Positions 8,661-18,308 of a stretch of 64,000 nucleotides of DNA are shown in pieces. Under the pieces are notes generated by a model, which was not told the origin of the DNA, did no database searches, and worked only from the letters and a program-made list of their open reading frames with translations. Origin of the DNA: Bacteroidota bacterium (GTDB lineage: Bacteria; Bacteroidota; Bacteroidia; Chitinophagales; Chitinophagaceae); assembly GCA_030706635.1 (NCBI GenBank), contig JAUZOD010000012.1, forward strand, positions 15,477 through 79,476, given 5' to 3'. A program made the position numbers and the translations under genes. How positions within the stretch are numbered: position 1 is the first letter of the stretch; each line of letters opens with the position of its first letter.

Positions 8661-9986
8661 ATGATAAAAACGATATTCGCCTGCTTTGTTTGTTTTTCCC
8701 TGGCGGGCACGATTCACGCCCAGGCCAACTATCAGCCCTCTGCTGAAAATCTCGCTGCCCGCAAATGGTTCGACAGTGCCAGATTCGGCATGTTCATTCA
8801 TTGGGGCGCATTCAGTGTGCCAGGCAATGGGGAATGGGTAATGAATAACCGGAATATCCCGGTTGATGAATACAAGCGTCTGCAGACCATTTTTAATCCG
8901 GTTCGCTTCGATGCAGAAAAATGGGTCTCTGCCGCCAAACGGGCCGGCATGCAATATATCACGCTGATCACCCGTCATCACGATGGATTTAGTAACTGGG
9001 ACACCAAACAATCGGATTGGAAGATTACCAATACAGATTGGAAACAGGATGCCGTAAAACTGATTGCTGAGGAATGTCATAGACAGGGGATAAGGCTATT
9101 TGTGTATTATTCTTTGCTGGACTGGTCCCGTAGCGACTACCAGTACGAAACAGGGAGAACGGGTCATGGTACCGGTCGCACTGCCAAAAGCGACTGGAAC
9201 AGTTATATCCGTTTTATGAAGGCTCAATTGACGGAGTTGCTGACCAACTACGGTCCGATCGCCGGGGTATGGTTTGACGGGTACTGGGATCAGCTCGCCA
9301 GTGATGAAGACAAGCAACTGGAGCCGAAAGTGGACTGGCATTTGCCTGAGATCTACGGTCTTATCCATCATTTGCAACCGCAATGCCTGATCGGAAACAA
9401 CCACCACCTGAGCCCTCTGCCGGGGGAAGATTTTCAGATGTTTGAAAAAGACCTTCCGGGAGGAAACAGCACCGGTTTCGGAGGTCAGTCAGTTTCCCGG
9501 CTGCCGCTGGAAACCTGCGAAACCATTAATAATTCCTGGGGTTTTGAAATCACCGACGTCAATTATAAATCAACCAAAAATCTCATCCGCCTGCTCGTCA
9601 ATGATGCAGGTTACGGGGCAAATCTGCTGCTGAATATCGGACCGCTTCCCAATGGGGAAATTCAAACCGCTTTCACTGACAGGCTGGATAGCATAGGCAG
9701 CTGGCTTAAAGAGCATGGAGAGACCATCTATGGTACCCATGCCGGATTTATCAAACCCCAACCCTGGGGAGCGGTAACGGAAAAGGGAAACAGGGTTTAT
9801 CTGCACCTGTTCAAAACAGACGGGGATAAGTTCTTTTTGAAGATACCTTACCAGGTTAGATCGGCGAAAATGTCAGGAATATCGTTGAAAATTAAGCGAC
9901 TGTCTGATAACTACCTGATGATTGACCTGAAAGGACTGAGCCTGGACCCGGTAGATGCCATTGTAGAGCTCGACGTATCCAAATGA
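8661..9986 (+). CDS. alpha-L-fucosidase (GH29)
   Basis: The track ORF starts at a GTG at 8646; I prefer the ATG at 8661 (MIKTIFACFVCFSLAGTIHAQ signal peptide). It has the GH29 motif ARFGMFIHWGAFSVPG. Confidence 0.88.
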   Translation: MIKTIFACFVCFSLAGTIHAQANYQPSAENLAARKWFDSARFGMFIHWGAFSVPGNGEWVMNNRNIPVDEYKRLQTIFNPVRFDAEKWVSAAKRAGMQYITLITRHHDGFSNWDTKQSDWKITNTDWKQDAVKLIAEECHRQGIRLFVYYSLLDWSRSDYQYETGRTGHGTGRTAKSDWNSYIRFMKAQLTELLTNYGPIAGVWFDGYWDQLASDEDKQLEPKVDWHLPEIYGLIHHLQPQCLIGNNHHLSPLPGEDFQMFEKDLPGGNSTGFGGQSVSRLPLETCETINNSWGFEITDVNYKSTKNLIRLLVNDAGYGANLLLNIGPLPNGEIQTAFTDRLDSIGSWLKEHGETIYGTHAGFIKPQPWGAVTEKGNRVYLHLFKTDGDKFFLKIPYQVRSAKMSGISLKIKRLSDNYLMIDLKGLSLDPVDAIVELDVSK

Positions 9987-9997
9987 TAAAATAAAAA

Positions 9998-10040
9998 TCC
10001 CGGACCAGGGATGAAGCTGATCCGGGAACTTATTTTTTAT
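9998..10040. terminator. weak bidirectional hairpin terminator
   Basis: A 7-bp stem tcccgga / tccggga with a 16-nt loop, then a T-rich tract. It lies between convergent stops. Confidence 0.35.
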
Positions 10041-10178
10041 TTAATGAATGGCTTTTAATGCATTTCCCAGGATTAGCAGGGATATATAAGCAAAGCCAAT
10101 CAGTACAAAACCAAAAACAGTCAGTTTAATAAAGATCTTCGCCGGTGCATTGGCGGATTGGTCCATTTCCTGTTTCAT
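10041..10178 (-). CDS. small (45 aa) single-TM membrane protein, hypothetical
   Basis: Hand translation gives MKQEMDQSANAPAKIFIKLTVFGFVLIGFAYISLLILGNALKAIH*. It is below the ORF-track size cutoff. One clear TM helix. There is no other coding evidence. Confidence 0.35.
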   Translation of the reverse strand: MKQEMDQSANAPAKIFIKLTVFGFVLIGFAYISLLILGNALKAIH

Positions 10179-10406
10179 AGGGGTCGAATTTTTAATATTG
10201 GTTTTTCAAAAAATAATGCCGGACACAAAATAAGACCTGAATCCGGGATATGCAACGTAGTTTTACGATAATGAATAAAATCTTGAGGTAAACCGGATAA
10301 TCCGCCATTTTATTTTCGCATTTTCATACTTTCACACTCCGGGTCTTAGCTAATGGCGTAATTATATGATAATCAGCCATTTAATTAATAAAAGTATTTT
10401 ATAACC

Positions 10407-11570
10407 ATGTCGAATATTCTGATCATAGACGATGAAAAGGCCATCCGCAAGACCCTGAGTGAAATTCTTTCCTATGAGGGGTATAAAATTGATGAATCCG
10501 GGGATGGCGAGGAGGGTTTCAGAAAATTCAAGGAAAAGGAGTACGATGTAATCCTTTGTGATATCAAAATGCCCCGGATGGACGGCATTGAATTTCTGGA
10601 GAAGGCCAAAGAATCCAATCCCGATATCCCCATCATTATGATATCCGGCCACGGCACCATAGAAACGGCCGTAGAGGCGGTTAAAAAAGGGGCTTACGAC
10701 TATATTTCAAAACCACCGGATCTGAACAGGCTGCTGATCACCATACGCAATGCGATGGATAAGACCTCCCTGGTTGCAGAAACAAAAGTGTTGAAGCGAA
10801 GGATCAGCAAGGTACAGGAGATGATTGGCGCTTCATCGCCCATTCAGAAAATCAGGGAAACCATTGATAAAGTTGCCCCCACGGATGCCCGGATCCTTAT
10901 TACGGGTGAGAATGGCGTTGGGAAAGAACTGGTGGCCCGCTGGGTTCACGAAAAAAGCAATCGCGCCGGCGGTCCGCTCATTGAAGTAAACTGCGCTGCC
11001 ATACCGGGTGAGTTGATCGAAAGCGAGCTGTTCGGCCACGAAAAAGGGTCATTTACTTCAGCTGTAAAACAGCGGATAGGCAAATTTGAGCAGGCAAATA
11101 CCGGAACCCTTTTTCTCGATGAAATCGGAGATATGAGTCCGAATGCGCAGGCCAAGGTATTGCGGGCCCTGCAGGAAGGCAAGATTACCCGGGTTGGCGG
11201 AGACAAAGACATCAATGTGGACGTACGCGTGATTGCGGCAACCAACAAGGACCTGCTGAAAGAAGTAGATGAGAAAAATTTTCGCCTGGATCTTTACCAC
11301 CGGTTAAGCGTGATCATCATTCATGTTCCTTCACTCAATGAACGAAAGGATGATATCCCCCTGCTGACCGATAAATTCATGAATGATATTTGCAATGAAT
11401 ACGGGATTGCCAGGAAGAACATTGAGGATGATGCCATACGGGCTCTCCAGGAATACAACTGGACGGGGAATATCCGTGAACTCAGAAATGTGGTAGAGCG
11501 GCTCATCATCCTTTCTGCTAAAACCATTACACGGGAAGACGTCGCCAGTTATGTACTGCCCAAGAAATAA
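10407..11570 (+). CDS. sigma-54-dependent response regulator (REC + AAA+), no C-terminal HTH
   Basis: REC domain (DVILCDIKMPRMDG). Walker A GENGVGKE. The GAFTGA-equivalent reads GSFTSA. The GNIRELRNVVERL motif is followed by only about 20 residues. Confidence 0.88.
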   Translation: MSNILIIDDEKAIRKTLSEILSYEGYKIDESGDGEEGFRKFKEKEYDVILCDIKMPRMDGIEFLEKAKESNPDIPIIMISGHGTIETAVEAVKKGAYDYISKPPDLNRLLITIRNAMDKTSLVAETKVLKRRISKVQEMIGASSPIQKIRETIDKVAPTDARILITGENGVGKELVARWVHEKSNRAGGPLIEVNCAAIPGELIESELFGHEKGSFTSAVKQRIGKFEQANTGTLFLDEIGDMSPNAQAKVLRALQEGKITRVGGDKDINVDVRVIAATNKDLLKEVDEKNFRLDLYHRLSVIIIHVPSLNERKDDIPLLTDKFMNDICNEYGIARKNIEDDAIRALQEYNWTGNIRELRNVVERLIILSAKTITREDVASYVLPKK

Positions 11571-11630
11571 GCTCTTAAATTTTTTATAAATGTGGCAGAA
11601 TGTTCCTTTAATCCTTTCCGCGGCTGTACT

Positions 11631-11659
11631 TTGACGCCCTATTAATATGAATAATTTTG
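11631..11659 (+). promoter_or_regulatory. putative promoter of lepB-cdd
   Basis: TTG at 11631-11633, an 18-nt spacer, then TAATTTTG at 11652-11659. The ATG is at 11682. Confidence 0.5.
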
Positions 11660-11681
11660 CCCCAAACCTAAATTAGCCTAA

Positions 11682-13214
11682 ATGACCTCCCACCAGATTT
11701 TTGTACTTGTCCTGATTCAACTCCTTATTCTCCTGCTTCCTGCAATCGGCCTGTATAAAATGTTTGAAAAGGCAAAAGTACCCGGATGGAAAGCCTTTGT
11801 TCCCTTTTACAATACCTGGATTATGCTGCATCTTGCCGAGCGACCCAAACACTGGGTTTACTGGCAGCTCATTCCGATTGTCGGCTGGTTTATTTCCATG
11901 GGTATCTATATTGAGTTCGTCAAGACTTTCGGGAAATACAAAATTTATGAACATGCGCTGGCTGCGTTGTTGCCTGTTTTTTATTTTCCCTACATAGGCT
12001 TTAATAAAAATGATCGTTTCATTGGTGCGGAAGGCGCCCGGAAGTATAAGAAATCAGTTACCCGGGAATGGCTGGATGCTGCCGTGTTTGCGGTAATAGC
12101 GGCAACCCTTATACGGACTTTTATTTTTGAAGCCTATGTGATCCCGACGCCTTCTATGGAAAAAACCCTGCTGGTGAATGATTTTCTTTTTGTGAGCAAG
12201 TTCAGCTATGGTCCCCGCATTCCGAATACACCGATTGCGATGCCTTTCGTGCATCATACCATGCCGCTGGTTAATATGAAATCCTATGTGGAATGGATTG
12301 AAATACCCTATACGCGGTGGTTTCCGGCGCCCGTCAAAAGAAAAGACGTGGTGGTATTTAATTTTCCGGCTGGTGATACCGTAATTAATAAGGAAGGCTT
12401 TGATTCTGAACAGCCTTATTATCAGGTGGCCCGCGCCCTGGGAAATGGAGATATTAATGCAGGGCGACAAGTCATCCTGAGTAATCCGGATGACTACCCG
12501 CTGGTTGTTCGCCCTGTAGACAAGCAGGAAAATTACATCAAGCGTTGTGTAGCAATTGCCGGTGACACCCTTCAGATTAAAAATCAGCTGGTGTATATTA
12601 ATGGCCAGGTTGAGGCGCTACCGGATTATTCAGAAACCAATTATTTAGTGGTAACCGGTGGTCAGCCCCTCGATGAAACCGTAATGAAAGAGGAATATGA
12701 TATTGACCTGGGCAACCCGGAAGAATTTCAGCAAACGGGTGTCCCGAACCGCTACCGCGTTTTGCTTACAGCCGTCGCCAAGGCAAAGATGCTGAAGAGC
12801 GGGTTGGCCAAAGAAGTCATTCCTGAAATTGACAGTACCCGGAATGTTTACCCTTACGATTCCCATTACCAATGGTCACCGGATAATTTTGGCCCGATCT
12901 GGATACCGAAGAAGGGGGCAACGCTGGCATTGACCCCGCTTAATTACCCGATTTATGAAAGGGCAATCCGGGACTATGAAAAGAACAAACTCGAGATGCA
13001 CGATGGTAAAATTTTTCTGAACGACAAGGAAGCTACCCAGTATACTTTTAAAATGGATTATTACTGGATGATGGGAGATAACCGGCATATGAGTCAGGAC
13101 AGCCGATACTGGGGCTTTGTTCCGGAAGATCACGTGGTTGGTGAAGCCTGGATGATCTGGATGAGCTGGAACAAGGGCGTTCGCTGGAGCCGGCTTTTTA
13201 AAAGGATCAGATAA
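11682..13214 (+). CDS. lepB: signal peptidase I with extended N-terminal multi-TM region
   Basis: S26 motifs are present: PTPSMEKTLLVNDFLFVSK (Ser), NYIKRCVAIAGD (Lys) and GDNRHMSQDSRYWGFVP. The first roughly 130 aa form an extra hydrophobic domain. Confidence 0.88.
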   Translation: MTSHQIFVLVLIQLLILLLPAIGLYKMFEKAKVPGWKAFVPFYNTWIMLHLAERPKHWVYWQLIPIVGWFISMGIYIEFVKTFGKYKIYEHALAALLPVFYFPYIGFNKNDRFIGAEGARKYKKSVTREWLDAAVFAVIAATLIRTFIFEAYVIPTPSMEKTLLVNDFLFVSKFSYGPRIPNTPIAMPFVHHTMPLVNMKSYVEWIEIPYTRWFPAPVKRKDVVVFNFPAGDTVINKEGFDSEQPYYQVARALGNGDINAGRQVILSNPDDYPLVVRPVDKQENYIKRCVAIAGDTLQIKNQLVYINGQVEALPDYSETNYLVVTGGQPLDETVMKEEYDIDLGNPEEFQQTGVPNRYRVLLTAVAKAKMLKSGLAKEVIPEIDSTRNVYPYDSHYQWSPDNFGPIWIPKKGATLALTPLNYPIYERAIRDYEKNKLEMHDGKIFLNDKEATQYTFKMDYYWMMGDNRHMSQDSRYWGFVPEDHVVGEAWMIWMSWNKGVRWSRLFKRIR

Positions 13215-13222
13215 TGTAATTC

Positions 13223-13708
13223 ATGAAGAAAAGAGAGCTGACCATTTCCGTTGATGTGTATGCGGATTGCCATGAGCTGGAAACGGCCGATGCCCAGCTG
13301 CTGGACCTGGCCAGGAAGGCTACCGTTGATGCTTATGCGCCTTATTCCCGGTTCCGGGTGGGAGCGGCGGTCCGCCTCGCCAACGGGAAAATGCTCACAG
13401 GCACAAATCAGGAGAATGCTTCCTTTCCCGCAGGCATTTGTGCCGAAAGAGTAGCTCTTTCTGCGGCATCGGCCCTGTATCCGGGCATTGGGGTAACGGA
13501 TCTGGCTGTTTCGTTTTTTCATGAAGAAGGGAAAAATGACCGGCCAATATCGCCCTGTGGTATTTGCAGGCAAACACTAACGGAATATGAAATCCGGGCC
13601 GGTCAGCCAATCCGCCTGATTCTGGGTGGAAGCGCCGGAGAAATATTCGTGCTAACCAGCGCCGCGGATCTGCTTCCCTTTGCATTTACTTCATCAGAAA
13701 TAAAGTAA
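13223..13708 (+). CDS. cdd: cytidine deaminase
   Basis: Zn-binding motifs CAERVAL and PCGICRQ. 161 aa. Confidence 0.88.
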   Translation: MKKRELTISVDVYADCHELETADAQLLDLARKATVDAYAPYSRFRVGAAVRLANGKMLTGTNQENASFPAGICAERVALSAASALYPGIGVTDLAVSFFHEEGKNDRPISPCGICRQTLTEYEIRAGQPIRLILGGSAGEIFVLTSAADLLPFAFTSSEIK

Positions 13709-13805
13709 TATCCGCCCGCCAACCGATTTGTTAAATTGGGTGGATGAAAATGAGCAAATACTTAATATTGCGGTTTAATAATATTGTATTTGTAAAACGA
13801 CCACT

Positions 13806-14297
13806 ATGAAGAAATTTGTATTTGCTGTTCTCTGCGTGATCTCCACGGCTTATTTTATTTCCTGCATTAAAAACAACGCTTCATCCGGATACACCAACTG
13901 TACGGGCGTTGAACCGGATAAGGATTCCAGTGCGCTGCTGAAGTATGCGGGTGATTCCATTCCCGTGATGCGGGATACCTCAGGCCTCTATTTTCAAATC
14001 CTGGACAGTGGTGCCGGAGTGAGCCCAACCGGATCTTCTCATTTGCAGGTCAGCTACAAAGCCCGGTTGCTCGATAATACCATTTTTGATTCTACTGCCA
14101 CCAGTTCTAATCTTGGCGGAATACCACTGAGCCAATTGATCCCCGGTTGGCAGATCGGGTTGCCAAAAATAAAAAAAGGTGGTCATATTAAACTGCTGAT
14201 CCCTTCAGCGCTGGCCTGGGGTTGTCAGGGCTCAGGCAATGCGATCCCGCCGAATGCTCCTGTCTATTTTGATATTTACCTGCTGGATGTAAATTAA
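13806..14297 (+). CDS. FKBP-type peptidyl-prolyl cis-trans isomerase lipoprotein
   Basis: Lipobox YFISC. It has an FKBP C-terminal domain (LIPGWQIGLPKIKKGGHIKLLIPSALAWG). Confidence 0.85.
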   Translation: MKKFVFAVLCVISTAYFISCIKNNASSGYTNCTGVEPDKDSSALLKYAGDSIPVMRDTSGLYFQILDSGAGVSPTGSSHLQVSYKARLLDNTIFDSTATSSNLGGIPLSQLIPGWQIGLPKIKKGGHIKLLIPSALAWGCQGSGNAIPPNAPVYFDIYLLDVN

Positions 14298-14328
14298 TTT
14301 ATTCATAACTTGGATTCCATGATTTCAA

Positions 14329-14370
14329 AATTGAGATGCACGATTCATGATGTGCATTTCAATTTTATTT
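14329..14370 (+). terminator. hairpin terminator
   Basis: A 14-bp stem aaattgagatgcac / gtgcatttcaattt (one G-T pair) with a 10-nt loop, then a T-rich tail. Confidence 0.6.
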
Positions 14371-14417
14371 TATCCAGCGCGTGATTATCATTTATTCATC
14401 TTTTAAGGTAAAGCGCA

Positions 14418-15821
14418 ATGAAAATTAAAAAGAATAATTCCCGGAGGGATTTCCTTAAATCCTCTTCCCTGGCAGCGGCAGGATTTATGATTGTGCCAAG
14501 AAGCGTGCTGGGCCGTGGTTTCATTGCGCCAAGCGACAAACTCAACATAGCCGGCATCGGTGCCGGGGGAAAAGGGAAAGGCGACCTGTTTGAATTTTCC
14601 AAAAGTCCCAATGCCAATATTGCTTATTTATGTGATGTGGATGACCGCCAGATCCAAACCTCGGTGGAACGTTTCCCCAAAGCGAAACGCTATTATGATT
14701 TTCGGGAGATGCTGGAAAAGGAACATAAGCACATTGATGCGGTTTCTGTTTCCATTCCCGATAATTGTCACGCCGTTGCTGCCATCGCGGCTATGCAGCT
14801 GGGTAAACATGTGTATGTTCAGAAACCAATGACGCACGATATTTACGAGACCCGGATGCTAACGGAGGCGGCTAAGCGCTATAAGGTAGTCACCCAGATG
14901 GGTAACCAGGGTTCCTCCGGAGATGGCGTACGGACCATGCAGGAATGGTATAATGCGGGCGCCATCGGCGATGCAACGGCTATTCATGTTTGGACCAACC
15001 GGCCCGTGTGGCCACAAGGATTCGGAACACCAAAAAGTACTGATCCTGTTCCCCCTGAATTGAAATGGGATCTCTGGCTTGGGCCTGCGAAAGAAGAAAC
15101 ATACCGCAAGGAATACGTTCCGTTCAGCTGGCGTGGATTCTGGGCCTTTGGTACCGGTGCTCTCGGGGATATGGGATGTCATCTGATTGATCCGGCGTTT
15201 AAAACCGTCGGACTGGGATATCCTTCTGAAGTGGAGTGCAGCGCCGTGTCCCTGATCGAGAAAATGTGGACTGCCTCTTATTTTCCGGAAAGCTGTCCCG
15301 CTTCATCCAGTATCATTTTAAAATTCCCTGGGAAGGACGGCAGGCCCGATGTGAAAATGTATTGGACAGACGGTGGCATCCTGCCTGAACGTCCCGATGA
15401 ACTGGGTCCGGATGAAATGTTTGGCGATAGCGAGGGTAGTGGTGTACTGATCATTGGAACCAAAGGAAAGATGATGTGCGGCACCTATGGCAAAAATCCT
15501 ACGCTGTTACCGACTTCCAGAACTAAAGAGATGCAGGTGCCACAAACTCTGGCCCGGGTTCCGGAAGGCCATTATCTCCAATGGGTCAATGCCTGCATTG
15601 CAGGATATGGCCGGAAAGAACTGAGTTCCTCCTTTGATTACGCTGGTCCACTTACCGAGACCGTGCTGATGGGTAACCTGGCCCTGCGGAGTTGGGATCT
15701 GAAGATTGGGGATCATTTCCCCGGAAGAAAAAAATTACTCTGGGATGCCGTGAATATGAAAATAACCAATTTTGACGAGGCCAATCAGTTTGTGCGCAGG
15801 GAGTATAGGAAGGGGTGGTAG
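14418..15821 (+). CDS. Gfo/Idh/MocA family oxidoreductase with twin-arginine signal
   Basis: Tat motif SRRDFLKSS. It has a Rossmann N-terminus (LNIAGIGAGGKG) and the typical family length. Confidence 0.85.
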   Translation: MKIKKNNSRRDFLKSSSLAAAGFMIVPRSVLGRGFIAPSDKLNIAGIGAGGKGKGDLFEFSKSPNANIAYLCDVDDRQIQTSVERFPKAKRYYDFREMLEKEHKHIDAVSVSIPDNCHAVAAIAAMQLGKHVYVQKPMTHDIYETRMLTEAAKRYKVVTQMGNQGSSGDGVRTMQEWYNAGAIGDATAIHVWTNRPVWPQGFGTPKSTDPVPPELKWDLWLGPAKEETYRKEYVPFSWRGFWAFGTGALGDMGCHLIDPAFKTVGLGYPSEVECSAVSLIEKMWTASYFPESCPASSSIILKFPGKDGRPDVKMYWTDGGILPERPDELGPDEMFGDSEGSGVLIIGTKGKMMCGTYGKNPTLLPTSRTKEMQVPQTLARVPEGHYLQWVNACIAGYGRKELSSSFDYAGPLTETVLMGNLALRSWDLKIGDHFPGRKKLLWDAVNMKITNFDEANQFVRREYRKGW

Positions 15822-15834
15822 TAATAGAGCTACT

Positions 15835-18234
15835 TCAACTCATCGCTATCTCATTTTTCGAAAAGGACTCAAAAACATCGAGCATCAATCCATTGCGGAG
15901 AGAACTGATTTCCGAGAGGTCGGATACCCAGAAACTGATTTCAAAATTGATTTGATTGTTTGTAAGAGAATCGACAGCCACCGCCGGAGGAGGGTCTTTT
16001 AGTATTTTTTCATTTTTCTTTATTTCTTCTGCGATCAGATCCCTGGCTTTTCTGAAATCCGACTTATAGGGAACGGAAATCAGGATGTGAACCCTCCGGC
16101 TCCTGTCGTGCAGGGTCCAGTTAATGAGTTGCTGCGACAACAGATCACCGTTGGGAATGATGATATTTGCCCCCTCCCCGTTATTAATTTTACTGGACCT
16201 TACACCAATCTCCTGTACCGTTCCGGTTTTTCCCGATATTTCTATCGTGTCCCCGATCTGGATCGGCCGTTCAAAGGCAATGATGATTCCCGAAACCAGA
16301 TTATTCACCAGATTTTGCAAACCAAAACCGATGCCTACACCCAGGGCGCCGAGCAGTATCGAAATCTTATTTATCGGAATTCCAGCTGCGGCAATGGCGA
16401 TCAAAAATCCGGCTGTCCAGATACCGATACGCACGATCAAAGCCAAAGACCCCAGTTTACTTTTTTTATGGACGCCTTCCTGTCTGTTCTGATCAAAGAA
16501 AAAGCTTACAAACTGTGATAAAATAGAAGAAACCCAGATGACCAGCAGGAAAACAACCAGACTTGAGTAGCTGTATCCAAAACTGCCGATGGTTCGGTTC
16601 TTATTAAAAAAATAATCGATAAAATGATAGACATCATCATAAAAAGTCAGGTCCCGCAAAATGGAAAATGACCAGGCCAGGATGGTGGCTACCCAGAGTA
16701 TTCTTCTGAGCTTATTTTTCAAATCCACAAAATTCAGGAATGCAGAAAACCGGTTATTGGCATACGCTTCTGACTGAATATATACGGCGTCCACCAGGAT
16801 GCCGGAACAAACTTTGAGTGTTACAGCCAATACCAGACTGTCGATGGCGGTGATTGCAAAAAGTTTGGCAAGTGTCAGACGGCCGGTAAAATTACATCCC
16901 ACCGAAAAGCAGATCAGTATCAGGGTGAAGACCAGCAGGGCTTTGCGGGCTGGAGAATCTTCGAGGTTGCGGAACAGCACTGTTTTTTTTCTCAACATCA
17001 ATACGCATAAGCCGATCAATACCAAACTCCCCGTAAGCAATGCCCAGCGTTCTCCAAAGGCGGAATCGAGCAACAGATCATCCACGGCAAAAGATATCCA
17101 GATCAGGGAAAGACAGAGCCAGATCCACCTGCCGGCTTTGCTGAGATAGGGTGTGAGCAGGAAACTGAGCGCCAGGAGCCTGAACAGCCCGTTGCTGTGC
17201 ATATACATGGCCGGCGCGCCGGCATAAAGATAAGACCCATAAGTAAACAAGAGCAGGAGACTGGATACCAAGGCCGACCGGTTCAAGAATTGCACATTTC
17301 TTAAAATGGTATCCGTATCCTTTTCCTTCCTTATATGATGCAGGTTGATCATGAACCAGACCAGCAGGAAGAGCCAGATGAAGAGGTTGACGGACCGGGT
17401 ATCCCAAGTGGTTATCATGAAAACTCTCATCACGCGGTAAGATCTGGAAAGGGCATCGGTTACCACGGCCAGCAGTGAAGAATCATAGTCCGTTTCGGAC
17501 GCATTCAGTAAAGGAGCTTCCTCCTGCTTCCACATGCCGGTGCGCAATTGATTCAACCGGTAGGTGATCTCGGTTTTCAGGTCCCTCACCAGTAAATTAT
17601 TTATGGAAATGCGGTTGCGCAGGGTATTGATCTTGATGATGGCTATATGTTGCTGGGAATCCAACGAAAGCGAACGGTCATGGACCACTTTCATTTCTCC
17701 CTGCAGCACGGAATCCAGTGCCGCATTCAACAGGGTTGAGTCGTGTTTGATCAGCCGGATATGATCGTGGTTCCTACCCATCTGATCACTGAATCCATTC
17801 AATAAATTCTGCCAGCCTTCCAGTCTTTCCTGGGATTCGTCCAGAAGAACGGAAGCCGTATTGAGATTGCGAAAGTTCAGCGGGTTGTCGTTTTGTTCCA
17901 GCCGGGTATGGAAAAAATTCAATCCCCGTTCCATGCCCGATAATGCCGTGAGTATGCCGGCGGTATCCAGTTTGCGGCTGAGAAAGGACTCTGCACGATT
18001 GAGTTTAAAAGAATAGGATTCCACTTTATTGACCATATTGGGTACCGTGGTATCCTTGATCTCCGCCTCCTGGAGAAGGGAGTCGGAAAGCCTGGAGTTC
18101 ATATCCAGCAGGGCGCTGTCACTTTTTTTGTGATGACGTACGCGTTTTTTTGCCTGGGCCAGCCCCATGCTGCAACTGATGGTCATCGCGATCAGGAAAA
18201 GAAAGCCTTTTCCCCGGATCTTTACAGGCATCAT
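15835..18234 (-). CDS. mechanosensitive ion channel family protein (large MscK/MscS-like)
   Basis: 799 aa. It has a signal peptide, a coiled N-terminal domain, many TM helices and an MscS core (GFGLQNLVNNLVSGIIIAFERPIQIGDTIEISG). Confidence 0.88.
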   Translation of the reverse strand: MMPVKIRGKGFLFLIAMTISCSMGLAQAKKRVRHHKKSDSALLDMNSRLSDSLLQEAEIKDTTVPNMVNKVESYSFKLNRAESFLSRKLDTAGILTALSGMERGLNFFHTRLEQNDNPLNFRNLNTASVLLDESQERLEGWQNLLNGFSDQMGRNHDHIRLIKHDSTLLNAALDSVLQGEMKVVHDRSLSLDSQQHIAIIKINTLRNRISINNLLVRDLKTEITYRLNQLRTGMWKQEEAPLLNASETDYDSSLLAVVTDALSRSYRVMRVFMITTWDTRSVNLFIWLFLLVWFMINLHHIRKEKDTDTILRNVQFLNRSALVSSLLLLFTYGSYLYAGAPAMYMHSNGLFRLLALSFLLTPYLSKAGRWIWLCLSLIWISFAVDDLLLDSAFGERWALLTGSLVLIGLCVLMLRKKTVLFRNLEDSPARKALLVFTLILICFSVGCNFTGRLTLAKLFAITAIDSLVLAVTLKVCSGILVDAVYIQSEAYANNRFSAFLNFVDLKNKLRRILWVATILAWSFSILRDLTFYDDVYHFIDYFFNKNRTIGSFGYSYSSLVVFLLVIWVSSILSQFVSFFFDQNRQEGVHKKSKLGSLALIVRIGIWTAGFLIAIAAAGIPINKISILLGALGVGIGFGLQNLVNNLVSGIIIAFERPIQIGDTIEISGKTGTVQEIGVRSSKINNGEGANIIIPNGDLLSQQLINWTLHDRSRRVHILISVPYKSDFRKARDLIAEEIKKNEKILKDPPPAVAVDSLTNNQINFEISFWVSDLSEISSLRNGLMLDVFESFSKNEIAMS

Positions 18235-18308
18235 AATGCTTATTTAGGCGCAAATTACGGCAAAGGATCACTTGTGCAGGTCACAAAAAGCATTTTTCAT
18301 GCCAGCTC

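Noticed and set aside
11593-11606. Sigma-54 promoter-like TGGCAGAATGTTCC just downstream of the sigma-54 activator gene
   Set aside because: The -12 element is TTCC rather than TTGC, and the GG-to-GC spacing does not fit the GG-N10-GC rule. A good sigma-A-type TTG/TAATTTTG promoter for lepB lies downstream.
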